Source of the DNA: a virus
Reading direction: 5' to 3' (one strand)
DNA: 64,000 nucleotides
IMG/VR virus record: IMGVR_UViG_3300025872_003406
Coordinates: 17,584-81,583 of that record
The position numbers were made by a program, and so were the translations under genes. The notes under the pieces were generated by a model. That model saw only the letters and a list, made by a program, of their open reading frames with translations. It was not told where the DNA came from and made no database searches. Of this stretch, positions 36,250-48,700 are shown piece after piece. Position 1 is the stretch's first letter. Every line of letters starts with the position of its first letter.

Positions 36250-37929
36250 ATGCCCGGCACAATCATCAAAACCAAGTATAGCGATATCACGAATCAGCCA
36301 GCACCAGATGCATTGGCACATTCGGAGCAAGCATACTCATTCGCATCAAATCGCCTTTTCATCGGTAAGACCAGCGGGGCCACGGTAGATCCGATCATCA
36401 TCGGTGGTAAGTACTACACCGACATGATGGCCCAGACGCCGGGAGTGCTGACAGCAAGCTCGACGATCATCGTTGACCAGTACAAGTGGGTCGATCACCT
36501 GATCACTGGTGGACTGAAGCTGACTACATCCAACGGCGCAGGTCAGGAACTTACGACGGTTGTTACGACGATCGGTGGAGGTGCCGCGAATAACGAACTT
36601 CCGACGGCTCTGGCTGTCAAAAACTATACTGACTCCGTTGCTGCTGCTCAGACGCTCACATCTCTGGCCGATGTCACTATCTCGAGCGTGGTCAATGCTC
36701 AGGTGCTCATCTATGATAGTACTGCTCAGCAATGGCTGAATCAATCTCTTTCTGGTGATCTGACGATCAGTAAGACCGGTGTTGTCACTCTTGCTAATAC
36801 TGGTGTTACTGCTCAGACCTACGGATCGACGACAGCAATTCCTGTTCTGACAATCGACAGTAAGGGTCGCATCACGAGCGCTTCTACCGCTTCTCTGGCA
36901 ACTTCTCTTTCAATTGCTGGTGACACAGGAACTGATTCGGTTGCGCTACTGACAGACACACTGACATTCGTTGGTGGAGCGGGCATCACATCAGCCGTCA
37001 CCAACAATACTGTCACTCTGGATGTCGATAATACTGTTGCGCGTAGCACTGACACGCTCAATTACTTCAGCTCCACGACGTCTGCTCAGCTTGCCTCTGT
37101 CATCTCGGATGAGACCGGCACGGGAGCTCTGGTATTTGGTACAAGCCCTACATTCACCACATCAGTTGTTACTGACAGCCTCACATTCGCAGTATTCAAT
37201 ACAACTGCAACAACAGTTCAGGCATTTGGTGCTGCAACCGATCTTGCGATCGGTGCAACATCTGGTAATACGACGGTTCGTAACAACCTGATCGTCTCTG
37301 GCACACTGACAGTCAACGGCAACACATCGACAGTCAACTCGACAGTTACGACCCTGACAGATCCAGTCATCATGCTGGCCCAGGATGCCCTGGCTGCAGG
37401 TGACTCAAATGATCGTGGCGTCAAGTTCAACTACGGTGATGGCTCGCAGGTTCAGACCGGATTCTTCGGTATGGACATGCAGACCGGCCGCTTTGTGTTC
37501 AAGGCGACTGGGGCGACTGCCACAAATCCTGAGAACTTCAGCAGCCCATGGTCCGATGCCCAGTTCGGTGAGATCTATGGTACCGGCGGTACATTAGGCA
37601 ATGTCACTGTTGGCGTAGCGACAGATAACAAGATCACGACAACGAGTGGCACTCTGGTCATCGATGCAGCCAATAATACGGTTCAGATCGATGCTGACGC
37701 TTCAGTCACTGGTACGTTCGGCGTCACCGGAGCGGTTACTCTAACGACTGCTCTGGGTGTTTCATCCGGTGGTACTGGAGTCTCAAGCTATACTGGCAAA
37801 GCGGTGTTCGTATCAAATTCTGGAGGAACAGCCACAAACTTCCTGACCGGAACTCAATACCAGATCGTTCAGTTTGATGCTACTGGCACTCCGATTGCCT
37901 CTGCCACGATTGACGGCGGCACGTTCTAA
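36250..37929 (+). CDS. Tail fibre-like structural protein
   Basis: 559 aa, T/G/S-rich, sharing DETGTGALVF and DP.I.L...DRG modules with the neighbouring fibres. Ends IDGGTF. Confidence 0.8.
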   Translation: MPGTIIKTKYSDITNQPAPDALAHSEQAYSFASNRLFIGKTSGATVDPIIIGGKYYTDMMAQTPGVLTASSTIIVDQYKWVDHLITGGLKLTTSNGAGQELTTVVTTIGGGAANNELPTALAVKNYTDSVAAAQTLTSLADVTISSVVNAQVLIYDSTAQQWLNQSLSGDLTISKTGVVTLANTGVTAQTYGSTTAIPVLTIDSKGRITSASTASLATSLSIAGDTGTDSVALLTDTLTFVGGAGITSAVTNNTVTLDVDNTVARSTDTLNYFSSTTSAQLASVISDETGTGALVFGTSPTFTTSVVTDSLTFAVFNTTATTVQAFGAATDLAIGATSGNTTVRNNLIVSGTLTVNGNTSTVNSTVTTLTDPVIMLAQDALAAGDSNDRGVKFNYGDGSQVQTGFFGMDMQTGRFVFKATGATATNPENFSSPWSDAQFGEIYGTGGTLGNVTVGVATDNKITTTSGTLVIDAANNTVQIDADASVTGTFGVTGAVTLTTALGVSSGGTGVSSYTGKAVFVSNSGGTATNFLTGTQYQIVQFDATGTPIASATIDGGTF

Positions 37930-37950
37930 TAGCTAGTCGATTTATCCACT

Positions 37951-37997
37951 TATAAATAGGTGGTCTGGGTTTTTACTCGGACCACCTATTCTGTTTT
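37951..37997 (+). terminator. Terminator-like hairpin overlapped by late promoter TATAAATA (37951-37958)
   Basis: AATAGGTGGTCTGGG-TTTTTA-CTCGGACCACCTATT followed by CTGTTTT. Confidence 0.7.
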
Positions 37998-38019
37998 ATA
38001 ACTCGGAGTTTTTACTCAC

Positions 38020-41000
38020 ATGGCCAATAACATTCTACTCAAGAAGTCTTCGGTTGCCGCCAAGGTTCCTACCACTGGCGATCTGGATTACGGTGAACTC
38101 GCGCTCAATTACGCAGACGGCGCGCTGTATTACAAGACATCGGGTAATGCAATTGCTCGTCTGAACCCGCCCGAGTCGATTGGATTTGCGAATGTAGCAG
38201 TTAGCGGACAGAGCACACTTGTGGCTGACACAGCTACTGGAACATTGACAGTTGCTGCTGGAAATGGCGCAATTACTGTTACTACAAATTCTGGGACCGA
38301 TACTTTAACAATTTCGCATACTGACACCTCATCCGTGGCGAATCTTTCGTCCGATAATTCTGCGGGAGTAGTGCTGCAGGACATCGCATTTACATTTGAT
38401 ACCTACGGACACGTTCAAACTGCCACAGTTGCGACAACAAATCTAGATAGCCGTTACTTACAAACGGAATCTGATACTCTCGCAACAGTTACCACTCGTG
38501 GAAATACCACTGCCAATTCCATTACTATCGGAGGCCTGACAGTCAACGGTGCTTCTTCACTGGCAGGCGATGTTACTAATGTCGATTCTATCTCATTCGA
38601 CCTGACAGCAGCAGCGGCCACCGGCATCGGTAAACTATACTGGGATGCTGGATTCGGTCAATTGCGCTACGGACTAGGTGGAGGAAATGTCGAGGTTGCG
38701 ATCGGACAGACTCAGGTAACATATGTCCGCAATGCTGAAACAAGCACAATCACAAAGGGTCAGGTAGTTTACCTGTTCGGCGCTCAGGGTGATCGTCCTT
38801 CAGTCAAGCTGGCATCAAATACAGCCGATACAACATCGAACAAGACTTTTGGTATCGCAGCAGAAAATATCGCTGCAAATAGCGATGGCTATGTTATCAA
38901 CACTGGTATACTCAGCGGCGTTGACACTTCTGCTTATACTCCTGGAGATATTCTCTGGCTAGGATCGGCTGCCGGAACATACACAACGACAAAAGCTGTC
39001 GCACCAAATCACTTGGTCTTTATTGGAGTAGTAGTCAAGGCAAATCAAGGCGGAGGACAGATCTACGTCAAGCCTCAGAACGGATATGAGCTTGATGAGA
39101 TTCACGATGTTCTGATCAGTGGAATTGGCCTGAATCATAGCCTGTTCTATGATAGCTCTGTCAATGTCTGGAAGAACTATGCTCCTTCTGCAGCACGCAC
39201 AAACCTAGGCCTAGGAACGATTGCAACGCAGAACGCAAATTCTGTTGCGATCACGGGCGGAGCAATCGATGGAACTCCGGTTGGTGCAACGACTCCAAGC
39301 ACGGGCAAGTTCACAACTCTGCAGACAACGGGTGATGCCACGATTGGCGGTAATTTGACAGTGAGCGGAACGACCACGACAGTCAATGCTCAGAACCTGA
39401 ACATCACTGATAATCTGTTCTACCTGAACGCTGGATCGACAAACACGAATCCAGACATCGGTTTTGCTGCGAATTACAATGATGGAACATACCGCCACGC
39501 TGGATTCTTCCGCGATGCGACGGATGGTTACTGGAAGGTGTTCAAGAACTACACACCTGAGCCAGATGCCAGCATCTACATCGATACCTCTCACGCATCA
39601 TTTGCTCTGGCCGACATTCAGGCGGCTAACTTCCGTGGTGCTCTGGTGGGTAATGCCACGACAGCATCCACACTGGCAGGCACGCCGACGATCAATGGAG
39701 TTACATTCAATGGTGGATCGAACATCACTATCACTGCCAGTACCACGAATGCTCTGACGATCGGTGATGGCCTGAGTGGTACAAGCTTCAATGGATCTGC
39801 TGCCGTCACAATTGCTGCCGATTCTACGATTGCACGACGCTCTGATGTTCATTATATCGGAACAACTAGTATCGCTCTGAATCGTACCTCGGCTGCTCAG
39901 ACACTGACCGGCATCAATGGATTGACGGCTGTTGGTACTGACCAAAGCATCACGCTGACTCCAACTGGGACGGGTGGAGTCGGTATTGGTACTTCAAGCC
40001 CGAATGAGTTGCTATCTATCGGATATATCGATGGGTCATACGGAAGGATTGAATTCAGAAGCGCATCGTATGCTCGCCAGGCAATCATCGAGGGTGTAGA
40101 TGATGCATCCGGTGGAAACGGACACCTCGCAATCTATACTCGAAACAGTGGAAGTGTTTTTGAAAGACTGAGAGTTACAAGCACTGGTAGACTTGGAATT
40201 GGAACAACCAATCCAACAGCAAAAATCCATGCGATGTCTGGCGCTGCTTATTTACGCGCTACGCTTGAATCGGAAACAACTCCGCAGATCATTATATCAA
40301 ACGGAACGCAGATCATTAATTTTGGTATTAACGGCGACGTTATTCCTTCTGTCACAGCCCAAAGCAATGATCCGCTAGTATTTGGCACAAATAATATCGA
40401 GCGCGCACGTTTTACTGCAGCTGGTAATTTTGGTATTGGTACCACAAGTCCATCAGCAAAATTAAGTGTTGTCGGTACTTCTGATCAGACTCAGTTTTTA
40501 ATAAAAATTATTCTTCTCAAGGAAATTATGCGTTTCAGCTTCAAAACAGTAGTGGAAATGCTGTACTCGCATTTGCTGCATCCGGAAGTATAGTTAGACC
40601 TGCTACAGTTGCCGGCGATTTAACTCTTGAACAGCTTGGAGCTAATAGTATAACTTTCAATACAAATGGATCGGAAAAAGTCCGTATTACCAGTAGTGGT
40701 GATATTGGTGTTGGAACTACGAGCCCAACCGCCAAACTTGATGTTTACGGCGGCGCTTCCGCAACACCTCAGACATATATTTTAGCTCGCGCTGGATCAT
40801 TTACTACAGTTCTTGGAGCACAGGACAGTGCAGGAGTTGCACAAGAATCATTTGTTGGATCTCTGACAAACAACGATTTTAAGTTCAAGACGAACAATAT
40901 CGAGTATATGCGTCTGAAGTCAGACGGAAACTTTGGCATTGGTACTACATCGCCGTCACAAAAGCTTGAGGTCACTGGTAATATAAAGCTGACAAATGGC

Positions 41001-42758
41001 GGATATATCTACGGAGATGGCGCAAATGCTCAGTTACATTTAAGCAATGCGATGGGATCGCAGCTGATCTATGGAAGTGTAGCGGTACGCGCTCTGGCAG
41101 CATCCGTTAAACTTGTTGCAACTTCAGAAGAAATCTCTCTGGTTAATAATAATGGGTCGCTATGGCTTACTGGTGCAGGTAACGTCGGCATTGGTATTAG
41201 CGGTCCATCAACAAAACTCCATGTGTATGGTGCAGATCAAAGAATGTCGATTTCTACGTCGACTGACTCAGCTTCTATTACACTAGGACAATGGGACGGA
41301 ACTACAAATAGAATTGAATCGTCAACCAGAAAACTATTTCTTACATCATATGCTGGAGGAATATCGCTGGGAGCGAGCGGCAGCGAACATTTTCACGTTT
41401 CTACTGCCGGTAACGTCGGTATCGGAACAACAACTCCATCTCAAAAATTGCATATAAGCGGAGGTAATTTATTAGTAAATAATAATGGAAGTGGAGATAC
41501 AAATTCTGGAATAAGAATAGTCTCATCAATAGGTACTACGCATTATAATTGGATGTTAGCCGCACAACAGAATGTTAATGCGGCATTTGAAATTACTCCT
41601 TCAACAGCAGTTGGAGGCACGACATTTAGCGCGCCGGTTGCAGTATTTTTACAAAGTGGTAATGTTGGCATTGGTACCACAACTCCTGCTTCAAAACTTG
41701 ATGTGAACGGTAGCATTGCAGCTGCAGGGCCGATCTATGTTACCACCTCAAATCAGTCAAGCCTGCGTCTGATCAACAGCGCCACAAATGGAAAAGACTG
41801 GAACATCAATAGCTACACAGATGGAGTACTTTACATTGGTGTCCAGAACGTAGCAAATTACCTGACAGTTTCATCGAGCTATACCTCAGTAAATGGAAAT
41901 CTTGGAGTCGGTACTTCATCCCCGTCCTACAAGCTCCATGTTATCGGTGATGCACGAATGGGCGCGAATGGACAGCGCCTATACTTCTTTGATGATGGTA
42001 ATGCTCATATTCACTCCACAAGCACTCCACTCTGGATAAATGCAGAGGATAATAGCAACATCTATATCAATCACCAGTATAACGGAGGAGTAATTCTCAC
42101 GAAGTCCGGTGGCGGTAATGTGGGTATCGGAGAAGGAAGCCCAACGCAGAAGCTCCATGTCGCAGGTAACGCTCGTATTACAGGTGCGCTTTATGATTCT
42201 GCAAATTCTGCAGGAACAAACGGTCAGGTTCTGACATCAACAGGAACCGGTACAGCATGGTCTTCATCCGGAGTCGCAGTGTCTGGCACTGGTACTGCAG
42301 GAAAGATCGCAAAGTGGTCAGCAACGACTGCTCTGGCTGATTCTGTCATCACTGAATCTTCTGGCAATATCGGTATTGACACCACACCGACACAGAAGCT
42401 CGATGTCAATGGAAACATCGGATGGGGTACGGATTATGTTCTGTCTTCGTCTACAATCACTACAACTGCCACAACAGCAAACCAGGTCATCACCTCCGTT
42501 GCTGCTACATCCTTCCGTACGTTCAAGTTCATCATTCAGGCGACCGATGCAACAGCAGGTAAGTATCAATCTCAGGAGATTCTGGCGGTTCACAACGGAT
42601 CGACAGTGGCTCACACGGAATACACTGCGATCAACGTCGGTGGTGCGGTTGCCACATACGATGTGGACATCAGCGGAAGCACAGTTCGACTGCTCTGTAC
42701 TCCACTCTCTGCGAACAGCACCGTTTTCAAGGTCTCGATGCAGCTGATCAAGGTTTAA
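38020..42758 (+). CDS. Tail fibre protein (~1579 aa) interrupted by a -1 frame break near 40495-40507 (ORF-track pieces 38020..40593 and 40908..42758)
   Basis: The -1 frame is open from ~40485 into the 40908 ORF. It encodes NYSSQGNYAFQLQ...KVRITSSGDIGVGTTSPTAKLDV, continuing the GIGTTxP repeats found in both halves. Confidence 0.8.
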
Positions 42759-42788
42759 TAAATAGGTAAAACCGGACTTTAACTACCA

Positions 42789-45700
42789 ATGGCAATCAAA
42801 TCATTTCTTTCCGAGGGCGGATTTTCGGTCGGTTCTGTAGGATCGGCACCGATCGAGGTCATCGACTCGTCCGGCAATATCACTGCAGTGGGACTGACAG
42901 TCAGCGGCAACCTGACGGTCAATGGATCGACGACAACGATCAATTCCACGACAACCACGCTGGATGACCCGATCTTTACTCTGGGCGGTGATACGGTACC
43001 CGCATCAGATGACAACAAGGATCGTGGTATTGAGTTTCGCTGGCACGACGGATCGCTGGCCAAGGTAGGATTCTTCGGATTTGATGACAGCACGGGCAAG
43101 TTTGTATTCATCCCAAATGCCACAAATACCAGTGAGGTTTTCAGTGGCACTATTGGGGCTATCGATCTGAGCGGATCTCTATCAGGCGGAACGGGTATTA
43201 ACTTTAATGGTAGCACAGGAGCAATCACTAACACCGGCGTTACGTCGATCACCGGGACAAGCAATCAGGTTACTGCATCTGCGAGCACTGGGGCGATTAC
43301 ACTATCGCTTCCTCAGAATATTCACGTTGAGGCACAACCGACATTTAGTAGTCTTACTGCGTATAACTTCTATCTAAGGAATAATAATACCAACTATATT
43401 GACGAAGGTTATGGATTTAGATTTCACCAACCATCGGGAGCTCATCCTGTTCAATTTGAAAAATCTATTCGTATAGGTGCAATCAATGCTAGTGGTACTG
43501 ATTATGGATCTGGAAATGTGTATGCACTTGGTAGTGGATATTTTGGATCTAGTACTGCCGCAACATCTACAGTAATCATTAATGCAGCGCAGGGTGCTGC
43601 ACAGGGTGGCGCGTTCGGTATTCAAGGCGCAGGAACATGGCTGACTGGTTTAGGTACTCGAGCCGCGATCATCGGCAGTGGGACAGATCAGTCCACGATG
43701 CTGCAATCATATGCAGATAACGTGTTTATCCATGCTGTTGGATCTACAAAAGCTGTATATCTGCAGATCAATAGCACGAATAAGCTGACAGTTGACAACA
43801 CTTCTACTACAGTCGCTGGTAATTTAACAGTGCAGGGAACCGGTGATAGCACAGTTGCCGGAACTCTTGGCGTCGGTGGTGCTGCATATTATTCAGCAAA
43901 ATTTACTGTTGACGGAAGTTCTATCGGATATAGTTGGGGCGTGACAAATACTCGTGGCGGTCATATCACAACAATCTCAAATCCTGATGGCGGAACAACC
44001 GCAAGTAATATAGCATTCCGCGTAAACAATTCTTCTGGTACTACACTGCTGCAATCCACATACGGTGGCGCAGTAACAATTCCTAGCACACTGACTGTTA
44101 ATGGCGCTGAAGCTGCAATATACGGTGCTGATGGATATCAGCTTAAATTAGGTTATAGCAGCGCTTATTTTTGGAAAATTGGAAGAAGTAGTTCTGGAAC
44201 ACTTATTTTCAATGATAGCGCAACAGATCAGATTTCTTTCACAAATACTGGTCGTCTAGGTATTGGTACTATTACTCCTGGAGCTAAGCTTCACGTGGCA
44301 GGACCACACGCAGATGAAGGTGCAGATCGTGCTGCTACAACAGCTTTGATTGTAGATACAAAAACTGATGGCACCGGAGACGGCAAGACTTATATTAAAA
44401 CAGGATGGATTAATACCGGTAACTACGGAGTTTCTACGCTAGGTGTAGGATATTATGCATCAGGATCTCAGGTCAGAGATGTAATTACAATGCTTGGTAC
44501 TGGTCGCGTTGGAGTTGGTACTACTACTCCAACGCAAAGATTACACCTGAACGGTGGTGTTCTACGTATTTCTGGTGGAGGCGCAAGCAGCAACGGCGAA
44601 ATCAATCTTGACAGCGGCACGGAATACGATGGATGGCAGGTCAGAAAAGAATCATCCACAATGTGGGGCGTCAAATCCGTCACATCTGGTAATGATCTGG
44701 CAATCTTCGTAGATAACACAACAGCACGCGGTGTCTATATCAAGACTGGCGGCAACGTTGGTATCAATCAGACAAATCCTCAGCATAAGCTTGATGTTGG
44801 CGGCGCGATTCGTACTACAGACTGGTTATACATTGAGAATTCAAATTTTGGTATCTACAGTAACGCGAGTACGGCATATTTCTCAACATCTACGAATAAT
44901 TGGGATATCTCTTCTGGCCCAGGCCAAACGTGGTCGGGCTTGAGATTGTATTCAGGCGGCAGAGGTAATACGTGGCGCGGCCATTTTTATGGGGATGCTG
45001 ATGGTCAAGGGTTCCTCAATTCTGCTGGAAACTGGCAACTTACTGTAGATTCATCGTCCAGACTTCGTGTCTATGCCGGTGTGTATAATATGGATTCTGG
45101 TATCCGCATTGTTAATCCTGGCGGTGCAGCATATACCACAGTTACTTCTTCAGTAACTGGCGCATTTAAGATCAAGCTGCCGACAAATCGTTTCAAGTCA
45201 GAAACGATGATGAGAATGACAGTAAAGATTTACCAATATACAACTGGTCAATCTCACGAATTTGAAATTGGTGGTTATAATTATAGCAACGCAGCAGCTG
45301 ATTGGTTAAATATCTTTGCAGAACAAAAGAGCGATGCTGCAACAGCACCGTTTACGATTCGCTTTGGTAATGATGGTACATCGCAGTGTATCTGGATCGG
45401 TGAAACTACTACTGTATGGTCATATCCGCAGGTATATGTCACTGAGTTTCAAGGCGGATTTAGTGGCACAACTTCTTCTTGGGCATCTGGATGGACTATC
45501 TCGCCAGTCACCACACTTGATACTGTTACACAAAGCCGTACTGCAGCGCTAGTCGTCAATAGCAACAACATCGGTACGTACGGAGTAAGCTCGATAACTG
45601 GTACAGCAAATCAAGTTACTGCATCGGCAAGCACTGGAGCTGTCACTCTGTCACTACCGCAGAACATCCATACTGGAGCAACTCCGACGTTCGGCGGCGG

Positions 45701-48700
45701 TACGCTGAATGGCACACTGACGGTTGTCAAGAGTAATGGCGGTAATGTGAATGGATCCGCTAACGCTGCGATTTATCTGTCGCAGGATGAAAGCTCGATT
45801 CAAGGCCCAGGTACGAATACAGTTATTCGTATGGGCGGCAATCTTGTATTAGGAGCAAATAGCACCTGGATTGCTGCGACGAACGGCACAGCAGCGATCA
45901 CTGTCAATAACTCTCAGAATACGACGCTTGCCGGCAATCTTACTGTCCAGGGAACAGGAACCTCGAGTGTTGCCGGATCTGTTAATGTCGATGGAAGTAT
46001 TAATTTCTTGCGCGGTAGTGGTGATTATAGCACTTATATTAAATCTAGTGATTATATCGATGCTGGATATAATTCATCTACATTAAGATATTGGATCGAA
46101 CTTGGAGCAAAAGGCGGAACGCACATTGTTCTCAATACCGATGGCTCCGCTACAGCGGCAGAAAACTCATATGACCATTTTACGATCTGGCAATATACGA
46201 ATGGATCCGGAGCAATTGCTGCTGGCGCCCGGAAATTCTGGATCACTAACACCGGTCGAGTTAATTTAATTAATGGCCTTTGGCATAAATCTGCCGATGG
46301 AATTGAAAGATTTTATTACGATACAAGTGGAACTTCGTATTATAAAGGTGGCGGGACTGGAAGTATTCACGTTTTCCGAAATGCAAGTGATGTAGATATC
46401 TTAACTCTCAGTAATGCAAAGGACGCAATACTTTCTGGTAACCTTGCGGTTAACGGAGGAACCGGAACAATCGACGCAACAAGCGGAACTGCAAGCGCTA
46501 CTTTAAATCTCGTTGGTCGCTCTTCCGGAACAGCCAAGACAGCATCAATTGCTTCGACGAGTGCAGGATCTCTAGTTTTAAGCGCAGAAGGAGCTGGATC
46601 GGCTCTTGGGATTGCAGCAAACACTGGCAATACGACAGTTGCCTACAACCTTACTGTCAATGGCACCGGTAAACAAACACTTGGACAAAGTGTCAATGCA
46701 ACTGTTTACGCAGGAAATACCACAACCTCAGATCAAGCCATAATTCTTTCGAACACTCGTCGTGCTAATTACGGCGATGTAATGATCGCAAAGAATCTCG
46801 AGGGCGTAGCTTCTACTGATAGTTACGCAACTCCAGGCACATCGGCAGCCACCGGTTATGCCGCGCTTGAAATGCGTTATGGTGGAGTTGTTAGAGTATA
46901 TGGAAACAGCGGTGCGACGACAGCAGCTGCAGTAGTAACACCAAATGTTTTAGCTGAATTTACTCCGACAGCAATTGGATTAAATCTGAATACCACTGTA
47001 ACTGGTAATCTCACAGTCAGCGGCACAGGAACAATCAACGGTACCTCTATTCCAGCCAGCAAGACGCTTGTGGTTACTACCGACAAGCTTTCGGTACACG
47101 CTGCAACGACATCCGCGGAATTGGCAGGCGTGATCTCTGATGAAACCGGAACTGGTGCTCTGGTATTCGCAAATACACCCACGCTTGTAACGCCGAACAT
47201 TGGCGCAGCTACAGGTACGTCTATCAATCTCACTGGTTCTGCAACAGTTTCTGGTTTAACAAGAATCAATTCATCGCCGAATGCTGTACTTTCATTTTAC
47301 AATGCTGGAGTAAGTGAATGGACGATTGGCCAGAAAACCTCAGCATTTGTCATTAACAATGGCGGTAACTTTGCCGGAACTGATGTAGTAACGATCTCAG
47401 GTTCAGCAACATCTTTGTCTGGAAACTTGACGGTTGGCGGTAATCTGATCGTCAACGGCACCACAACTACTGTTAATTCTACGACGACCACTCTCGATGA
47501 TCCAATCATCACGCTGGGTGGAGATACTGCACCAACAGTAGATGACAACAAGGACCGTGGCGTAGAATTTAAATGGTACACTGGGAGTACCGCAAAGACC
47601 GGATTCTTTGGATTCGATGATAGTACTGGATACTTTACCTTTATTCCAGATGCTACAAATAGTAGCGAAGTGTTTAGCGGAACGCCGGGCGACATTGAGG
47701 CTGGAGTTTATCGTGGAACTGGTGCAAATCTTACTGGTCCCATCACCGAATCCTCGACGACCGATCAAGCTATCACGCTGAATGCTACGGACAACAGCTG
47801 GAAGTATCTTGGATTCCAATGGTCTGGCACGCGCAAAGCATACTTTGGTATCAATGCTTCAGGATCTCCTGAATGGGGCTCGGATGTCGCAAACGCGACA
47901 TTTGCTATCGTAGGATCCGGATCATCTCTGACAATTGCTGGAAATACTGTTCTTCATGGTGGTAATTATACTAATTACACCGATCCAATAATACAGGCAT
48001 TAGACAGTAAAGCCTCAGTCAAAGCTGCGACAACTGCTGATATTACTTTATCTGGTACTCAAACGATAGACGGCGTTGCACTTGTTGCCGGCGATAGAGT
48101 ATTGGTAAAAAATCAAAATACTCAAACGCCTAATGGAATTTATGTTGTTTCTGCAGGCGCCTGGACACGCGCAACTGATTTTGATACTTGGGCTAAATTG
48201 ATAGGAGCATTTGTATTTGTTGAGCAAGGTTCGACGAACGGATTAACCGGATGGCTCTGCGCAGCTGCAGCAGGAGGTGCATTTGGTAGTAATCCAATAA
48301 TGTTTTCGCAATTCAGTCACGGTGGATCCGTTAATGCCGGTACTGGATTAACAAAAACCACTAATAATGTGGGTTCCGGTCCTGTTTCTACATTCAGCAT
48401 TACGAATACTACAGTCTCTGCTGCATCATACGGATCTGCTAGCAGTGTTGCGACATTCACCGTCAATGCTCAGGGCCAACTGACTGCTGCAAGTAGCGTG
48501 GCAATTGCAATTTCATCGGCGGCGGTTAGTGGGTTGGCAAATTCTGCTACTATAACAGCAGCATCCACAAATACTGCAAATCAGATTGTTCTGAGAGATG
48601 GTTCTGGTAACTTCAGTGCAGGCACGATTACCGGTGCTTTTTCTGGATCCGCCGATCAAGCATTTACTAACCAACACAATGGAAATGCAAGTCAATGGTA

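Noticed and set aside
29989-48695. Many Val/Pro-rich minus-strand ORFs (for example 30559..31674 and 31738..32610)
   Set aside because: They are reverse-complement shadows of Thr/Gly-rich fibre codons, with no independent promoters or recognisable motifs.
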